Source of the DNA: an uncultured Planctomycetales bacterium
Lineage (GTDB): Bacteria; Omnitrophota; Gorgyraeia; Zapsychrales; JBDRMG01
Reading direction: 5' to 3'
DNA: 64,000 nt
Assembly: GCA_964478715.1 (NCBI GenBank)
Contig: CAYZIY010000010.1
Coordinates: 2,250-66,249, forward strand
A program made the position numbers and the translations under genes. Below, piece after piece: positions 1 through 8,202 of this stretch; position 1 is the stretch's first letter; every line of letters starts with the position of its first letter. The notes under the pieces are model-generated. The model did not search any database, was not told where the DNA came from, and saw only the letters and a program-made list of their open reading frames with translations.

Positions 1-2
1 GT

Positions 3-395
3 ATGGGATTGAAAACATGGAAACATGCGCCTAAGGGTAAAATTCTTAAAAGCGATGTCATAATTGCCAAGAATTATCTTAATGAAGAACATCTTAAAAA
101 GCTGGAAAGAATCGTTACCGCTTATTTGGATATGGCTGAGAACAAGGCGATTAATCGTCAGGTGATGAATATGAAGGACTGGGATGCTTTCTTGGTTCAA
201 TTTCTTGAGTTAGCTGATTATCCGTTATTGTTGGATTCGGGAAAAGTATCAATGCTTGAGGCGAAGTTAAAAGCTGAAGGTGAATACGAAAAATATCGTC
301 CGATTCAGGACAGACTTTTTGAATCGGATTTTGACAGAGAAATAAAAAAATTGATCGATAAAAATGATAGCGGAAATTTTGAAGAACAGAATTAA
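3..395 (+). CDS. RhuM-family (virulence protein RhuM-like) C-terminal fragment; reading frame is open to the window edge, so probably 5-prime truncated
   Basis: Translation ...KSDVIIAKNYLNEEHLKKLERIVTAYLDMAENKAI...MKDW matches the conserved C-terminal block of RhuM-family proteins as I remember it; the frame is open from base 3. Confidence 0.5.
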   Translation: MGLKTWKHAPKGKILKSDVIIAKNYLNEEHLKKLERIVTAYLDMAENKAINRQVMNMKDWDAFLVQFLELADYPLLLDSGKVSMLEAKLKAEGEYEKYRPIQDRLFESDFDREIKKLIDKNDSGNFEEQN

Positions 396-471
396 GGGCG
401 GAGGGCTGGGAGAAGCTGGTTTTGAGAGTGAGGGGCAAAGTAAGGTAAAAAGTAAGGGGAAAGGAATCAAT

Positions 472-792
472 ATGAAAATAGGAATTGTTATCGCAAGCAA
501 TGACGCAGAGACTTGCTGGAACGCTTTGCGTTACGGTAATTTTGCTCTCAGTCAGGGTGATGAGGTGAAGGTGTTTTTTATGGGCAAAGGCGTTGAATAT
601 CAGAATATAAGCGATGATAAATTCAATACCATTGAACAGGCAGAGAATTTTGCTAAGTCGGGCGGTAAAATTTACGCCTGCGGTTCTTGTATTAAATTAC
701 GGAATCAAGGCGGTACAGAGATGTGCCCGATTAATACTATGCAGGACATGTACGATATCGTTAAGGAAAGCGACAAGGTGGTTACGTTTTAA
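472..792 (+). CDS. DsrE/DsrF (YchN-like) family small sulfur-relay-fold protein
   Basis: Internal ATG at 472 is preceded by AAGGGGAAAGGAA. MKIGIVIASND...CWNALRYGNFAL...KVFFMGKGV and ACGSC are typical of the ~105-aa DsrE/DsrF family. The upstream 36 codons of ORF 364-792 are Gly/Lys-rich and lack an SD. Confidence 0.5.
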   Translation: MKIGIVIASNDAETCWNALRYGNFALSQGDEVKVFFMGKGVEYQNISDDKFNTIEQAENFAKSGGKIYACGSCIKLRNQGGTEMCPINTMQDMYDIVKESDKVVTF

Positions 793-1153
793 GTTTTTGT
801 ATTTTCGCTCTTTGTTTTTCACTTGGCAGTTTGACGATTGACCGCAGGCGTCGTTCGGTGATGTAGCGTTTGGGCATGGGATCGCCTAAGGCTTCGACCG
901 CTTCGAGAAGTTCGGGGTCGAGTTTTAATAAAGTGACAAAGTGGTTAACAGTCACCCTTGAGGTGCCGATTTGCCGGGCAAGATCGCTCTCATTTCGGGC
1001 TTCTCCGGTGTCAATCAGTCGCTTGTATTCTTTTGCTAAGTGTATAGGATTACGGTAGTTACGTTGGGGTTTGATGTTTTTCCGGGCTTTAGTTTCGAGA
1101 ATGACGATAAATGAGAAGGTTCTACGCTCAAGCCAGCCCGGGGAGCCGGATAC
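785..1153 (-). pseudogene. ParB/Spo0J-like fragment (HTH region) with no canonical start codon; likely gene remnant
   Basis: Minus-strand frame open for 123 codons between stops at 1154-1156 and 782-784, with no in-frame ATG near the 5-prime end. It translates to ...KPQRNYRNPIHLAKEYKRLIDTGEARNESDLARQIGTSRVTVNHFVTLLKLDPELLEAV..., which matches the ParB pattern (NLQREDLNPIEEAEAYQRL...LTQEELA...GKSRSHVAN.LRLL.L). The N-terminal GERRxRA ParB box is absent. Confidence 0.4.
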
Positions 1154-1400
1154 TCACGGGTCCATACCGGAGACATGGGTGACGCAATCGTCATACCATC
1201 TCCAGTGCGAACGGGTACTTCAAAGGTTCAATCTCTAACCTCTTTCTTTCATCCACGATAATATTACTTTTTCATGTCTTAGAATTGCATTCTTTAAACC
1301 TACTGAAACTGGACTTCTATGCTATAATTATCAAAAAGTTTTATCTATGTTTCAAGGAAAGTCTCTTAAGATTTTTTCTCACATTTAAGGAGCGGAAGGA

Positions 1401-1790
1401 TTGAATAAGAAATTTGTCACAGCCATTAACTGCATGGATGGTCGGGCGCAGGAACCGATCATTAAATTTATGAAGGAGAAATTTCAAGCCGATTATGTTG
1501 ACAATATAACGGAGCCGGGCCCGAACAAGATTTTGGCTGAAGCGAGTAATGCCGAACTGGTCGAATCTATCAAAAAAAGGGTTGCTATTTCTGTCTTTAA
1601 GCATTTTTCTAAAATCATTGCCATCATCGGTCATCATGATTGCTCCGGTAATCCATCATCTGATCTTGAGCAAAAAAATCATTTAAAACGATCGCTTGAG
1701 AATATACGATCCTGGGATTTTCCTGTTCAAAAAATCATTTTGATATGGCTGGATGAAAGTTTTCAGCCCGCGGAAATCTCCTTTAAATAA
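1401..1790 (+). CDS. small protein with beta-carbonic-anhydrase-like zinc motif (CxDxR ... HxxC); function uncertain
   Basis: TTG start preceded by AAGGAGCGGAAGGA. Translation contains INCMDGRAQEP and IGHHDCSGNP, which resemble beta-class CA zinc ligands. It is only 129 aa, shorter than canonical beta-CA. Confidence 0.3.
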   Translation: MNKKFVTAINCMDGRAQEPIIKFMKEKFQADYVDNITEPGPNKILAEASNAELVESIKKRVAISVFKHFSKIIAIIGHHDCSGNPSSDLEQKNHLKRSLENIRSWDFPVQKIILIWLDESFQPAEISFK

Positions 1791-1855
1791 TCTGGAAATG
1801 GATATTTATCGTTTCCTTCCTTCCATTGCTATCATTCGATCAGTCCATTTAACCG

Positions 1856-1884
1856 TTGCGCGGTGAAATGTCTTCGGCTATAAT
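1856..1884 (+). promoter_or_regulatory. candidate sigma70-type promoter (TTGCGC-17-TATAAT) upstream of the GT2/formyltransferase/ACP gene block
   Basis: TTGCGC at 1856-1861, 17-nt spacer, TATAAT at 1879-1884, 28 nt before the ATG at 1912. Confidence 0.3.
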
Positions 1885-1911
1885 TTAGCCAATAAGAGCT
1901 TAAACTCTTAT

Positions 1912-2904
1912 ATGAAGGCGCAAACAAAAAAGATTTATATTTTATCGGGAAAATTCAGTTTGAAAGAAGAACTTTCCATTATAAGCCCCGTTTACCAGGC
2001 GCAAGATATTATCGAAGAATTAGTACGCCAGATAGATCAGTCTGCTCAAAAGATTACGGCTGAGTTTGAGATTATTCTTGTAGATGACGACAGCCAGGAT
2101 CAATCCTGGGAAAAAATAAAAGACATTGCCCGTCGATATCCTCATTTAAAGGGAATCAAACTGAGTCGCAACTTTGGCCAGCACAATGCTATAGCCGCCG
2201 GCCTCTGGCATGCCAGAGGCCGATATCTGGTTGTCATGGATTGTGATTTGCAGGATGATCCGGCGTATATCAAGGATCTCTACGACAAAGTCAAAGAAGG
2301 ATGCGATATAGTGTACACGATCAGGAAAAAAAGGCGGCATGGAGTATTTAAAAATTATTTTGCCTCGATATTTCACAGATTGTTCAATTATCTGGTAGGG
2401 AATCATTATGTGAAAACAAATAATAAAATCGGAACGTACAGCATCATTACCCGGAAGGTAGCCGAGGCCTACAAAAAACTGCATGATGAATATCGTCCTT
2501 ATCTGGTGATGCTCAATATCCTCGGATTCAAGCAAGCGTATATCGGGGTGGAGCATACAAAGAGGTATCAGGGAAAATCTTCATACGGAATTAAGAAGTT
2601 GATCCGCCATGGGCTCAACGCGGTTATCTCGCAGACGGATCGCTTGCTTCAAGTGGCCATCTATATCGGTCTGATCTATATGATTTTTAGTTTCGGTTTT
2701 TCTGCCTTTGTTTTTATCCGGGCTCTCCTCTACGGATATTATCCCGGCTGGGCCAGTCTTGTCATTCTGATTTCCTTAAGTACGGGAATTATCCTTCTTT
2801 CGCTGGGCATCGTCGGACTTTATATTGGAAAAATTTTTACACAAGTAAAACAGAGGCCGGTTTTTCTCGTTGACGAGAAAATCAATTTTCAGGAATCAAA
2901 TTGA
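1912..2904 (+). CDS. family-2 glycosyltransferase, polyprenyl-phosphate sugar transferase type (ArnC/GtrB/DPM1-like) with C-terminal TM helices
   Basis: LSIISPVYQAQD, DxD motif ILVDDDSQD, VVMDCDLQDDP and two C-terminal hydrophobic helices, as in ArnC/GtrB. Confidence 0.75.
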   Translation: MKAQTKKIYILSGKFSLKEELSIISPVYQAQDIIEELVRQIDQSAQKITAEFEIILVDDDSQDQSWEKIKDIARRYPHLKGIKLSRNFGQHNAIAAGLWHARGRYLVVMDCDLQDDPAYIKDLYDKVKEGCDIVYTIRKKRRHGVFKNYFASIFHRLFNYLVGNHYVKTNNKIGTYSIITRKVAEAYKKLHDEYRPYLVMLNILGFKQAYIGVEHTKRYQGKSSYGIKKLIRHGLNAVISQTDRLLQVAIYIGLIYMIFSFGFSAFVFIRALLYGYYPGWASLVILISLSTGIILLSLGIVGLYIGKIFTQVKQRPVFLVDEKINFQESN

Positions 2905-3830
2905 AGAAGCAGGATATCGGAACAATATTTTACGGTGGACAGGGCTTGATGCGTCCGATGCTTTCCTATTTATCCCGATCACCGTTATTTGATCTTAAGG
3001 GTTTTATTGGTCACTATCAAGATAAAGATTACTTTTACGGATATCCTCACCCTGAGAAGCTCGCAAAAGAATTTGGTGTTCCCTTGTTGGGGATCGGACC
3101 CTTAAGGGAAACAGTTATCAAGAAAATCCGATCGGTCAAACCGCAAATCAATATTTTTGCCTACTATCCGCATATCATTTCTCAGGATATCCTAAATCTC
3201 CCAGAATTGAAATCCGTTAATGTTCACCCTGGCTCGCTTCCTCAATATAAAGGAACTTTTCCCACCCCCTGGATGATTCTAAATGGCGAGAAGAAAATGG
3301 GTGTGAGCGTATTTGTTATGAATCATCAAATTGACGGGGGTGATATTCTTAATCAGAAATATTATCGGATAAAAAAAGAGGAAACCGGTTTTGAGCTTTA
3401 CCAGAGATCCATGGTTCTAAGCGCCCGGCTTCTTAAAGAAACTCTGCCGAAATATACCCAAGGAGTAATAAAGCCGAAACCCCAAAAAGGAGAGGGATCT
3501 TATTACGGATATATTCCCGCCTATTATCATATCGACTGGGAGCAGCCGGCCGAAATGATTCAAAGACATGTACGCGTGCACGCCAAGCCCTATTTTCCGG
3601 CGTATACTTTTTTATTCAATTATCTGATCGCCATCAATCGAGTTTCAGTTAAAAAAATAAAAAGACGTAAGCCGGAAAAGCCGGGGACTATTTTAAATGT
3701 TAGCAAAGACGGCACTTTTACCGTAGCCTGCCTGAAAGATGCTGTGCGAATAATAGATTATGAAATCATGCCTTATCCAAAGAGACATGATTTTAGAAAG
3801 TATATCAAAGAAGGACAATGCTTGAATTAA
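2901..3830 (+). CDS. formyltransferase family protein (ArnA N-terminal domain / Fmt-like)
   Basis: NVHPGSLPQYKGTFP corresponds to the HPSLLPxxRG formyltransferase motif. Followed by a C-terminal Fmt_C-like region. Start overlaps the upstream stop by 4 nt. Confidence 0.7.
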   Translation: MKKQDIGTIFYGGQGLMRPMLSYLSRSPLFDLKGFIGHYQDKDYFYGYPHPEKLAKEFGVPLLGIGPLRETVIKKIRSVKPQINIFAYYPHIISQDILNLPELKSVNVHPGSLPQYKGTFPTPWMILNGEKKMGVSVFVMNHQIDGGDILNQKYYRIKKEETGFELYQRSMVLSARLLKETLPKYTQGVIKPKPQKGEGSYYGYIPAYYHIDWEQPAEMIQRHVRVHAKPYFPAYTFLFNYLIAINRVSVKKIKRRKPEKPGTILNVSKDGTFTVACLKDAVRIIDYEIMPYPKRHDFRKYIKEGQCLN

Positions 3831-4057
3831 AAATGGAGAGATTAAATCAGATTTTTATGGAGGTTCTGGAAGCGGACCCGGGTTGTTTGAAAGATGAGTG
3901 GACCATGGACGAGGTCAGAAACTGGGATTCGCTTAAGCAAATGGAAATCATTGCCGCCATTGAAAAAGTGTACGACTTTGAACTAACTTTTGAAGAGATA
4001 GCTCAAATGTCTTCAATCGGGAACATCAAATCTATCGTCAAAAAAAGGATTTCGTAA
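3818..4057 (+). CDS. acyl carrier protein (phosphopantetheine attachment site)
   Basis: 79 aa, acidic, with WDSLKQMEII (DSL Ser motif). The first ATG has a weak SD; the alternative ATG at 3833 lies just past the upstream stop. Confidence 0.7.
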   Translation: MLELKMERLNQIFMEVLEADPGCLKDEWTMDEVRNWDSLKQMEIIAAIEKVYDFELTFEEIAQMSSIGNIKSIVKKRIS

Positions 4058-4058
4058 T

Positions 4059-4802
4059 ATGCAAATCAAAGATTCTACAGTAATCGTTACGGGGGCAGCA
4101 AAAGGATTGGGCAGGGAAATCGTCAACCTTTTGATCGAAAAAGAAGCGAATGTTCTTGCTCTTGATAAAGATCAGCAAGCCCTTGATCAATTGCCAGAAA
4201 GAGAACGACTGCACAAATACGTATTAGATTTGCTGGATGACGCTCAAAGAAAAACGGTCATAAGGAAAATAACTGATCAATTCAAAATTACAGCTTTAGT
4301 CAATAATGCGGGCGTCCTGCACAATCATCCTGTTGTTCGTTTTGAAAAAGGGGGCTTAACAAAGCTGAGCAATGAGGAATGGTTTTCCGTTTTGGATATC
4401 AATCTGAATGTCCCTTTTATGCTGTCGCGCGATATCGCCGCTCATATGATTAAAAAACGGATCAAAGGCGTGTTGATCAATATCTCTTCCATATCAGCAC
4501 AGGGTAATGCCGGACAGGCTGCTTATTCGGCATCTAAAGCGGGACTGGAAGCCATGACTAAAGTTCTTTCTAAAGAGTTGGGGGTTTTAAGTATTCGGGC
4601 CGCCTGCATTGCTCCGGGATATATGGACACGCCCTCAACACACCAGGTGATGAAAGAGGGCAGCCTGCAAAAGATTGTCAAAGATATTCCCCTGCGACGA
4701 CTGGGGAAGGCTCAAGAAGTTGCCCGAGGCGTATGTTTTATCATTGAGAATGATTTTTACTCGGGAAAAACCCTTTCCATTGACGGTGGATTAACTTTAT
4801 AA
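4059..4802 (+). CDS. SDR-family oxidoreductase, FabG-like 3-oxoacyl-ACP reductase
   Basis: TGAAKGLGREI Rossmann motif, NNAG, catalytic YSASKAG, PGYMDTP. Confidence 0.8.
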   Translation: MQIKDSTVIVTGAAKGLGREIVNLLIEKEANVLALDKDQQALDQLPERERLHKYVLDLLDDAQRKTVIRKITDQFKITALVNNAGVLHNHPVVRFEKGGLTKLSNEEWFSVLDINLNVPFMLSRDIAAHMIKKRIKGVLINISSISAQGNAGQAAYSASKAGLEAMTKVLSKELGVLSIRAACIAPGYMDTPSTHQVMKEGSLQKIVKDIPLRRLGKAQEVARGVCFIIENDFYSGKTLSIDGGLTL

Positions 4803-4803
4803 G

Positions 4804-6357
4804 ATGAGTAAGAGCGTCAATCTGGCTATCCATTTCAATCAAATAGCAAATGAATTTGAGCAAGGGATAGCCCTCAGTTTCCCTGATGGGTTAGAGTATA
4901 CCTACCAAAAATTGTCTGACGATTCCGATCAGCTAGCTTCATTACTCTTAGCGCATGGAGCTGGCTTGAGTGATGTCATCGCTATTGCAGGAGTCAAGCG
5001 CTATTATACCTATGCCGCTTTTTTAGCCTGTCTTAAAATCGGAGCTATTTATACCTTTTTTGATCCTAAAAGCCCTTGGCCTCGATGTGAAAAGATTTTC
5101 GATCGCTGTAATCCAAAATTCATCATAGGATATCTGGATAAAGCGCAAGGCATTAAGGATCAATCGAAATATTCGATAATCAATTTCGATGGGCTTGATG
5201 TCCTGAGGGATGGGCGCCCCAATCAACGTAAAAAGATTGCTATCGATAAAATTCCGGGCAGTCATCCTGCCTATATTATGTTTACATCAGGATCGACCGG
5301 ATTTCCCAAAGGCGCTGTTATGTCACATCAAAATGTATTGAACTTTATTGATTGGTGTCAGAAGACTTTCGATATAACAGATGACGATGTCCATACTAAT
5401 GTAAACCCGCTCTATTTTGATAATGCCGTTTTTGATCTCTATTCAACGCTTTTTACCGGTGCAACGCTTGTTTCCGTCAACAAGCATCAGGCGCTTAAGC
5501 CGGCTGTTCTTTTGGATATTCTTGAAAACAAACAGTGCACCAGCTGGTTTTCGGTTCCTTTTTTGTTGATTTATCTTCAGCAATCAAAAGCGATCATCGA
5601 GCGTAAATGGCAAAGCGTGAAGAAAATCATTTTTGGCGGCGAAGGATATCCAAAAACTCAACTGTATGATCTTTATCAAAAGCTAAAAAAGCAAACGACA
5701 TTTTATAATGTTTACGGTCCGACAGAATGCACCTGCATGTGTTCCAGCTATACTGTCAGTGACAATGATTTTGATGAGAAAAATGGTTTGCTGCCTTTAG
5801 GCCACATAGCTGAGATGTTCAGCTATTTGATCGTGGGTGATAACGGCAAAATCAACAAGGATAAAGGAGAACTTTGGCTGGGAGGCGCGAATGTCGGGTT
5901 GGGTTATTACAATGACCCAAAGAAGACAAAAGAGAAATTTGTTCTCGCGTCTGCGGAGACAGGGGCAAAGAGCATATTTTATAAGACAGGAGATATTGTC
6001 AGCTTTAATCCACAAGATCAAAAAATCTATTTTCACGGACGGAAAGACAACCAAATTAAACATATGGGATATCGGATTGAGCTGGAAGAGATCGAACAGA
6101 CATTAAAAACCCTAAAGAACGTGAAGGATGTTTGCGTTTTTAGCGTCAATGGAAGTCGAAATACAAAAATTTGTGTCGTTATTGAGTCAGAGGAGCAAGC
6201 CCAAAAAGAAACAATGAAGCAGGCACTCAGAGAGAAATTGCCGTATTTCATGATTCCGGAAGATTTTTTCTTCTGCGATATGATCCCAAGAAATGCCAAT
6301 GGAAAAGTAGATCGTCTAAAAACAAAGGAAGTGTACGGAAAATTATGTCAAAAATAA
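4804..6357 (+). CDS. AMP-dependent synthetase/ligase (acyl-ACP/acyl-CoA or DltA-like adenylating enzyme)
   Basis: MFTSGSTGFPKG (A3), YKTGD, GRKDNQIK (A8), FYNVYGPTE. Confidence 0.8.
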   Translation: MSKSVNLAIHFNQIANEFEQGIALSFPDGLEYTYQKLSDDSDQLASLLLAHGAGLSDVIAIAGVKRYYTYAAFLACLKIGAIYTFFDPKSPWPRCEKIFDRCNPKFIIGYLDKAQGIKDQSKYSIINFDGLDVLRDGRPNQRKKIAIDKIPGSHPAYIMFTSGSTGFPKGAVMSHQNVLNFIDWCQKTFDITDDDVHTNVNPLYFDNAVFDLYSTLFTGATLVSVNKHQALKPAVLLDILENKQCTSWFSVPFLLIYLQQSKAIIERKWQSVKKIIFGGEGYPKTQLYDLYQKLKKQTTFYNVYGPTECTCMCSSYTVSDNDFDEKNGLLPLGHIAEMFSYLIVGDNGKINKDKGELWLGGANVGLGYYNDPKKTKEKFVLASAETGAKSIFYKTGDIVSFNPQDQKIYFHGRKDNQIKHMGYRIELEEIEQTLKTLKNVKDVCVFSVNGSRNTKICVVIESEEQAQKETMKQALREKLPYFMIPEDFFFCDMIPRNANGKVDRLKTKEVYGKLCQK

Positions 6358-7022
6358 TACTTTTTGGGTGCGGAGAAGGAGCGAAGATCGCTTATCAATA
6401 CTTTCGGCAAGATACCGAAGAAGAGATCGCTGGTTTCTGCGTTCATCGACAGCAGATGAAAGAAGCAGAATTCGTTGGTTTGCCGGTAGTGGCTTTTGAA
6501 GAGGTTGAGTCTCGGTTTCCCCCCAAAGAGTTCAAACTCTTTTGTTCATTAGGATTTGATCAGATGAATCACGTACGCGCTAAGGTCTTTGAAGAAGGAA
6601 AAGAGAAGGGATATCAATTCACCAGCTATATTCATTCCAGTAACAAGCCCATTGGGGAATTCAAGATGGGTGAAAATTGCTTCATTATGGAGAATCAATC
6701 GATTAATACGGGCGTTACGATAGGGAATAATGTGACGATATGGTCAGCCAATCAGATCGGAAATAATTGCCGGATCGAAGATCATGCCTGGATATCTTCC
6801 CATGCGTGCATTGCCGGCAATGTCACCATCAAGGAATACAGCTTCATTGGGATTAATGCCAGTATTTCGCACAATATTGTTATTGAACGGGAAAATTATA
6901 TCGGAGCTAACGCTCTGATTGCAAAAAATACCGAACCTAAAGCGGTCTATGTGCTTTCGCCTACACCAAAGGCTGGCTTGGGATCGGATAAATTCATGCA
7001 TTTCTTAAGAGAAACAAGTTGA
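6345..7022 (+). CDS. NeuD/PglD-family sugar N/O-acyltransferase (left-handed beta-helix hexapeptide transferase)
   Basis: N-terminal Rossmann-like MSKIILFGCGEGAKIA followed by hexapeptide repeats (IGNNVTIWSANQIGNNCRIEDHAWISSHACIAGNVTI). Confidence 0.65.
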   Translation: MSKIILFGCGEGAKIAYQYFRQDTEEEIAGFCVHRQQMKEAEFVGLPVVAFEEVESRFPPKEFKLFCSLGFDQMNHVRAKVFEEGKEKGYQFTSYIHSSNKPIGEFKMGENCFIMENQSINTGVTIGNNVTIWSANQIGNNCRIEDHAWISSHACIAGNVTIKEYSFIGINASISHNIVIERENYIGANALIAKNTEPKAVYVLSPTPKAGLGSDKFMHFLRETS

Positions 7023-7043
7023 TTTAAAAAAGTTTCGATAGCG

Positions 7044-7427
7044 ATGAGCCTTTTTATTGCAAAAATTCTTGGTCCTTGCCTTTTGGTTCTATCCATTAGT
7101 TTTATCGTCAATAGGGATCTTTGCAAAAATGTGATCGAGGAATACACCACAAAGCCCGCCTTTATTTTTTTAGGCGGAATTTTTGCCTTGTTAGTTGGTC
7201 TAGTTCTTACCATCAATCACAACCGATGGGTCGCGGATTGGCCGGTCATTATAACGATCTATGGCTGGGGCGGGATTACTAAAGGGATCTGGCTGTTGGT
7301 CTTTCCTGACTCTATGAGAAAAATGGGAAAATATTTCCAGAAGAATAAAGCTCTTGCGACAGCCCACTTGATTATTGTTTTTGTTTTTGGCGTAATTTTG
7401 AGCTTGTTTGGGTATTTCGGAAGTTAA
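7044..7427 (+). CDS. hypothetical integral membrane protein (3-4 TM helices)
   Basis: Hydrophobic segments only; no recognisable motif. Confidence 0.4.
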   Translation: MSLFIAKILGPCLLVLSISFIVNRDLCKNVIEEYTTKPAFIFLGGIFALLVGLVLTINHNRWVADWPVIITIYGWGGITKGIWLLVFPDSMRKMGKYFQKNKALATAHLIIVFVFGVILSLFGYFGS

Positions 7428-7697
7428 AAAGGGATGAAATATTCTTACAAAGAAACGTTTAAGAAATAATTGAAAAAGAAAGATTCATGAAATCTGTCAG
7501 ATTGCTCATTGCAGCTTGCGTGGTGAGCATATTTGACGATATCGTTGGCATAAAAATAAGTTTCTGGACTTGATTTTCGGACAGGGGAGATGAATTCTTT
7601 TTGAAAAAATATTTTGTTATCCCGGAAAGACTTTAAATCAGTATAAACTGTGTTATACTTAAATTAAGAAGCAAAAACTTAAAGCACAAAAATTGAT

Positions 7698-8093
7698 ATG
7701 AGAAAAACAAGAGAAAAAATTATCATTTTGGGAATTCTCCTATTCAGCTTGACAAGTATTAAGTCAGGAATGGCCGTCAGCGCGTATGATAAAACGGAAT
7801 TCTTTGAGAAGTATGGTGTCGAATGGGAAGAGGCGAATAGAGAGCAAAAAAGGGAATTTACCCTTTTTATCCGGGAACGGAATAAAAAAATTAGAAACGA
7901 AAAAAGAGAGGATCTTTTAAGAAAGCGTGAAAACGATAGGAGAAAAAGAGAAGAAAAGAAACGAATACAATTTAAAAAGAGAGAGCAAGAAAGAAGGAAA
8001 AGGGAGTTAAAGAGGAAAAAACAGATGATTTTAAGAGAAGAAGCGCGTCAGCGCCGAGAGTGGCAAAGAAAGAAAAGAAATTATAAAAGATAA
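7698..8093 (+). CDS. secreted protein with signal peptide and a highly charged K/R/E-rich helical low-complexity region
   Basis: MRKTREKIIILGILLFSLTSIKSGMAVSA signal-like N-terminus, then about 90 aa of RKRE/KKRE repeats. Followed by a strong terminator. Confidence 0.5.
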   Translation: MRKTREKIIILGILLFSLTSIKSGMAVSAYDKTEFFEKYGVEWEEANREQKREFTLFIRERNKKIRNEKREDLLRKRENDRRKREEKKRIQFKKREQERRKRELKRKKQMILREEARQRREWQRKKRNYKR

Positions 8094-8119
8094 TCCTTTT
8101 ACGCATGGACTATCAAAAA

Positions 8120-8151
8120 AGAGTTATTACTTTAAATAACTCTTTTTTTTA
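8120..8151 (+). terminator. rho-independent terminator (9-bp stem AGAGTTATT/AATAACTCT, 6-nt loop, T8 tail)
   Basis: Seen directly at 8120-8151; A-run on the 5-prime side means it could act bidirectionally. Confidence 0.7.
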
Positions 8152-8202
8152 TTATAATAAGAAATTAACGGATTTAATTAGATAATAAACAAATAACAGC
8201 TA

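Noticed and set aside
870-1058. 62-aa plus-strand ORF in the dsrE-1401 spacer
   Set aside because: No SD, low-complexity Ser/Arg-rich translation. The opposite strand carries the more convincing ParB-like frame.
1120-1260. Possible tRNA or structured RNA (GGTTCAATC T-loop-like string and long hairpin)
   Set aside because: Could not fold a cloverleaf with acceptor/anticodon arms; only the single long hairpin is convincing, so no RNA gene called.
2146-2556. 136-aa minus-strand ORF
   Set aside because: Lies entirely antisense inside the well-supported GT2 gene; no motifs.
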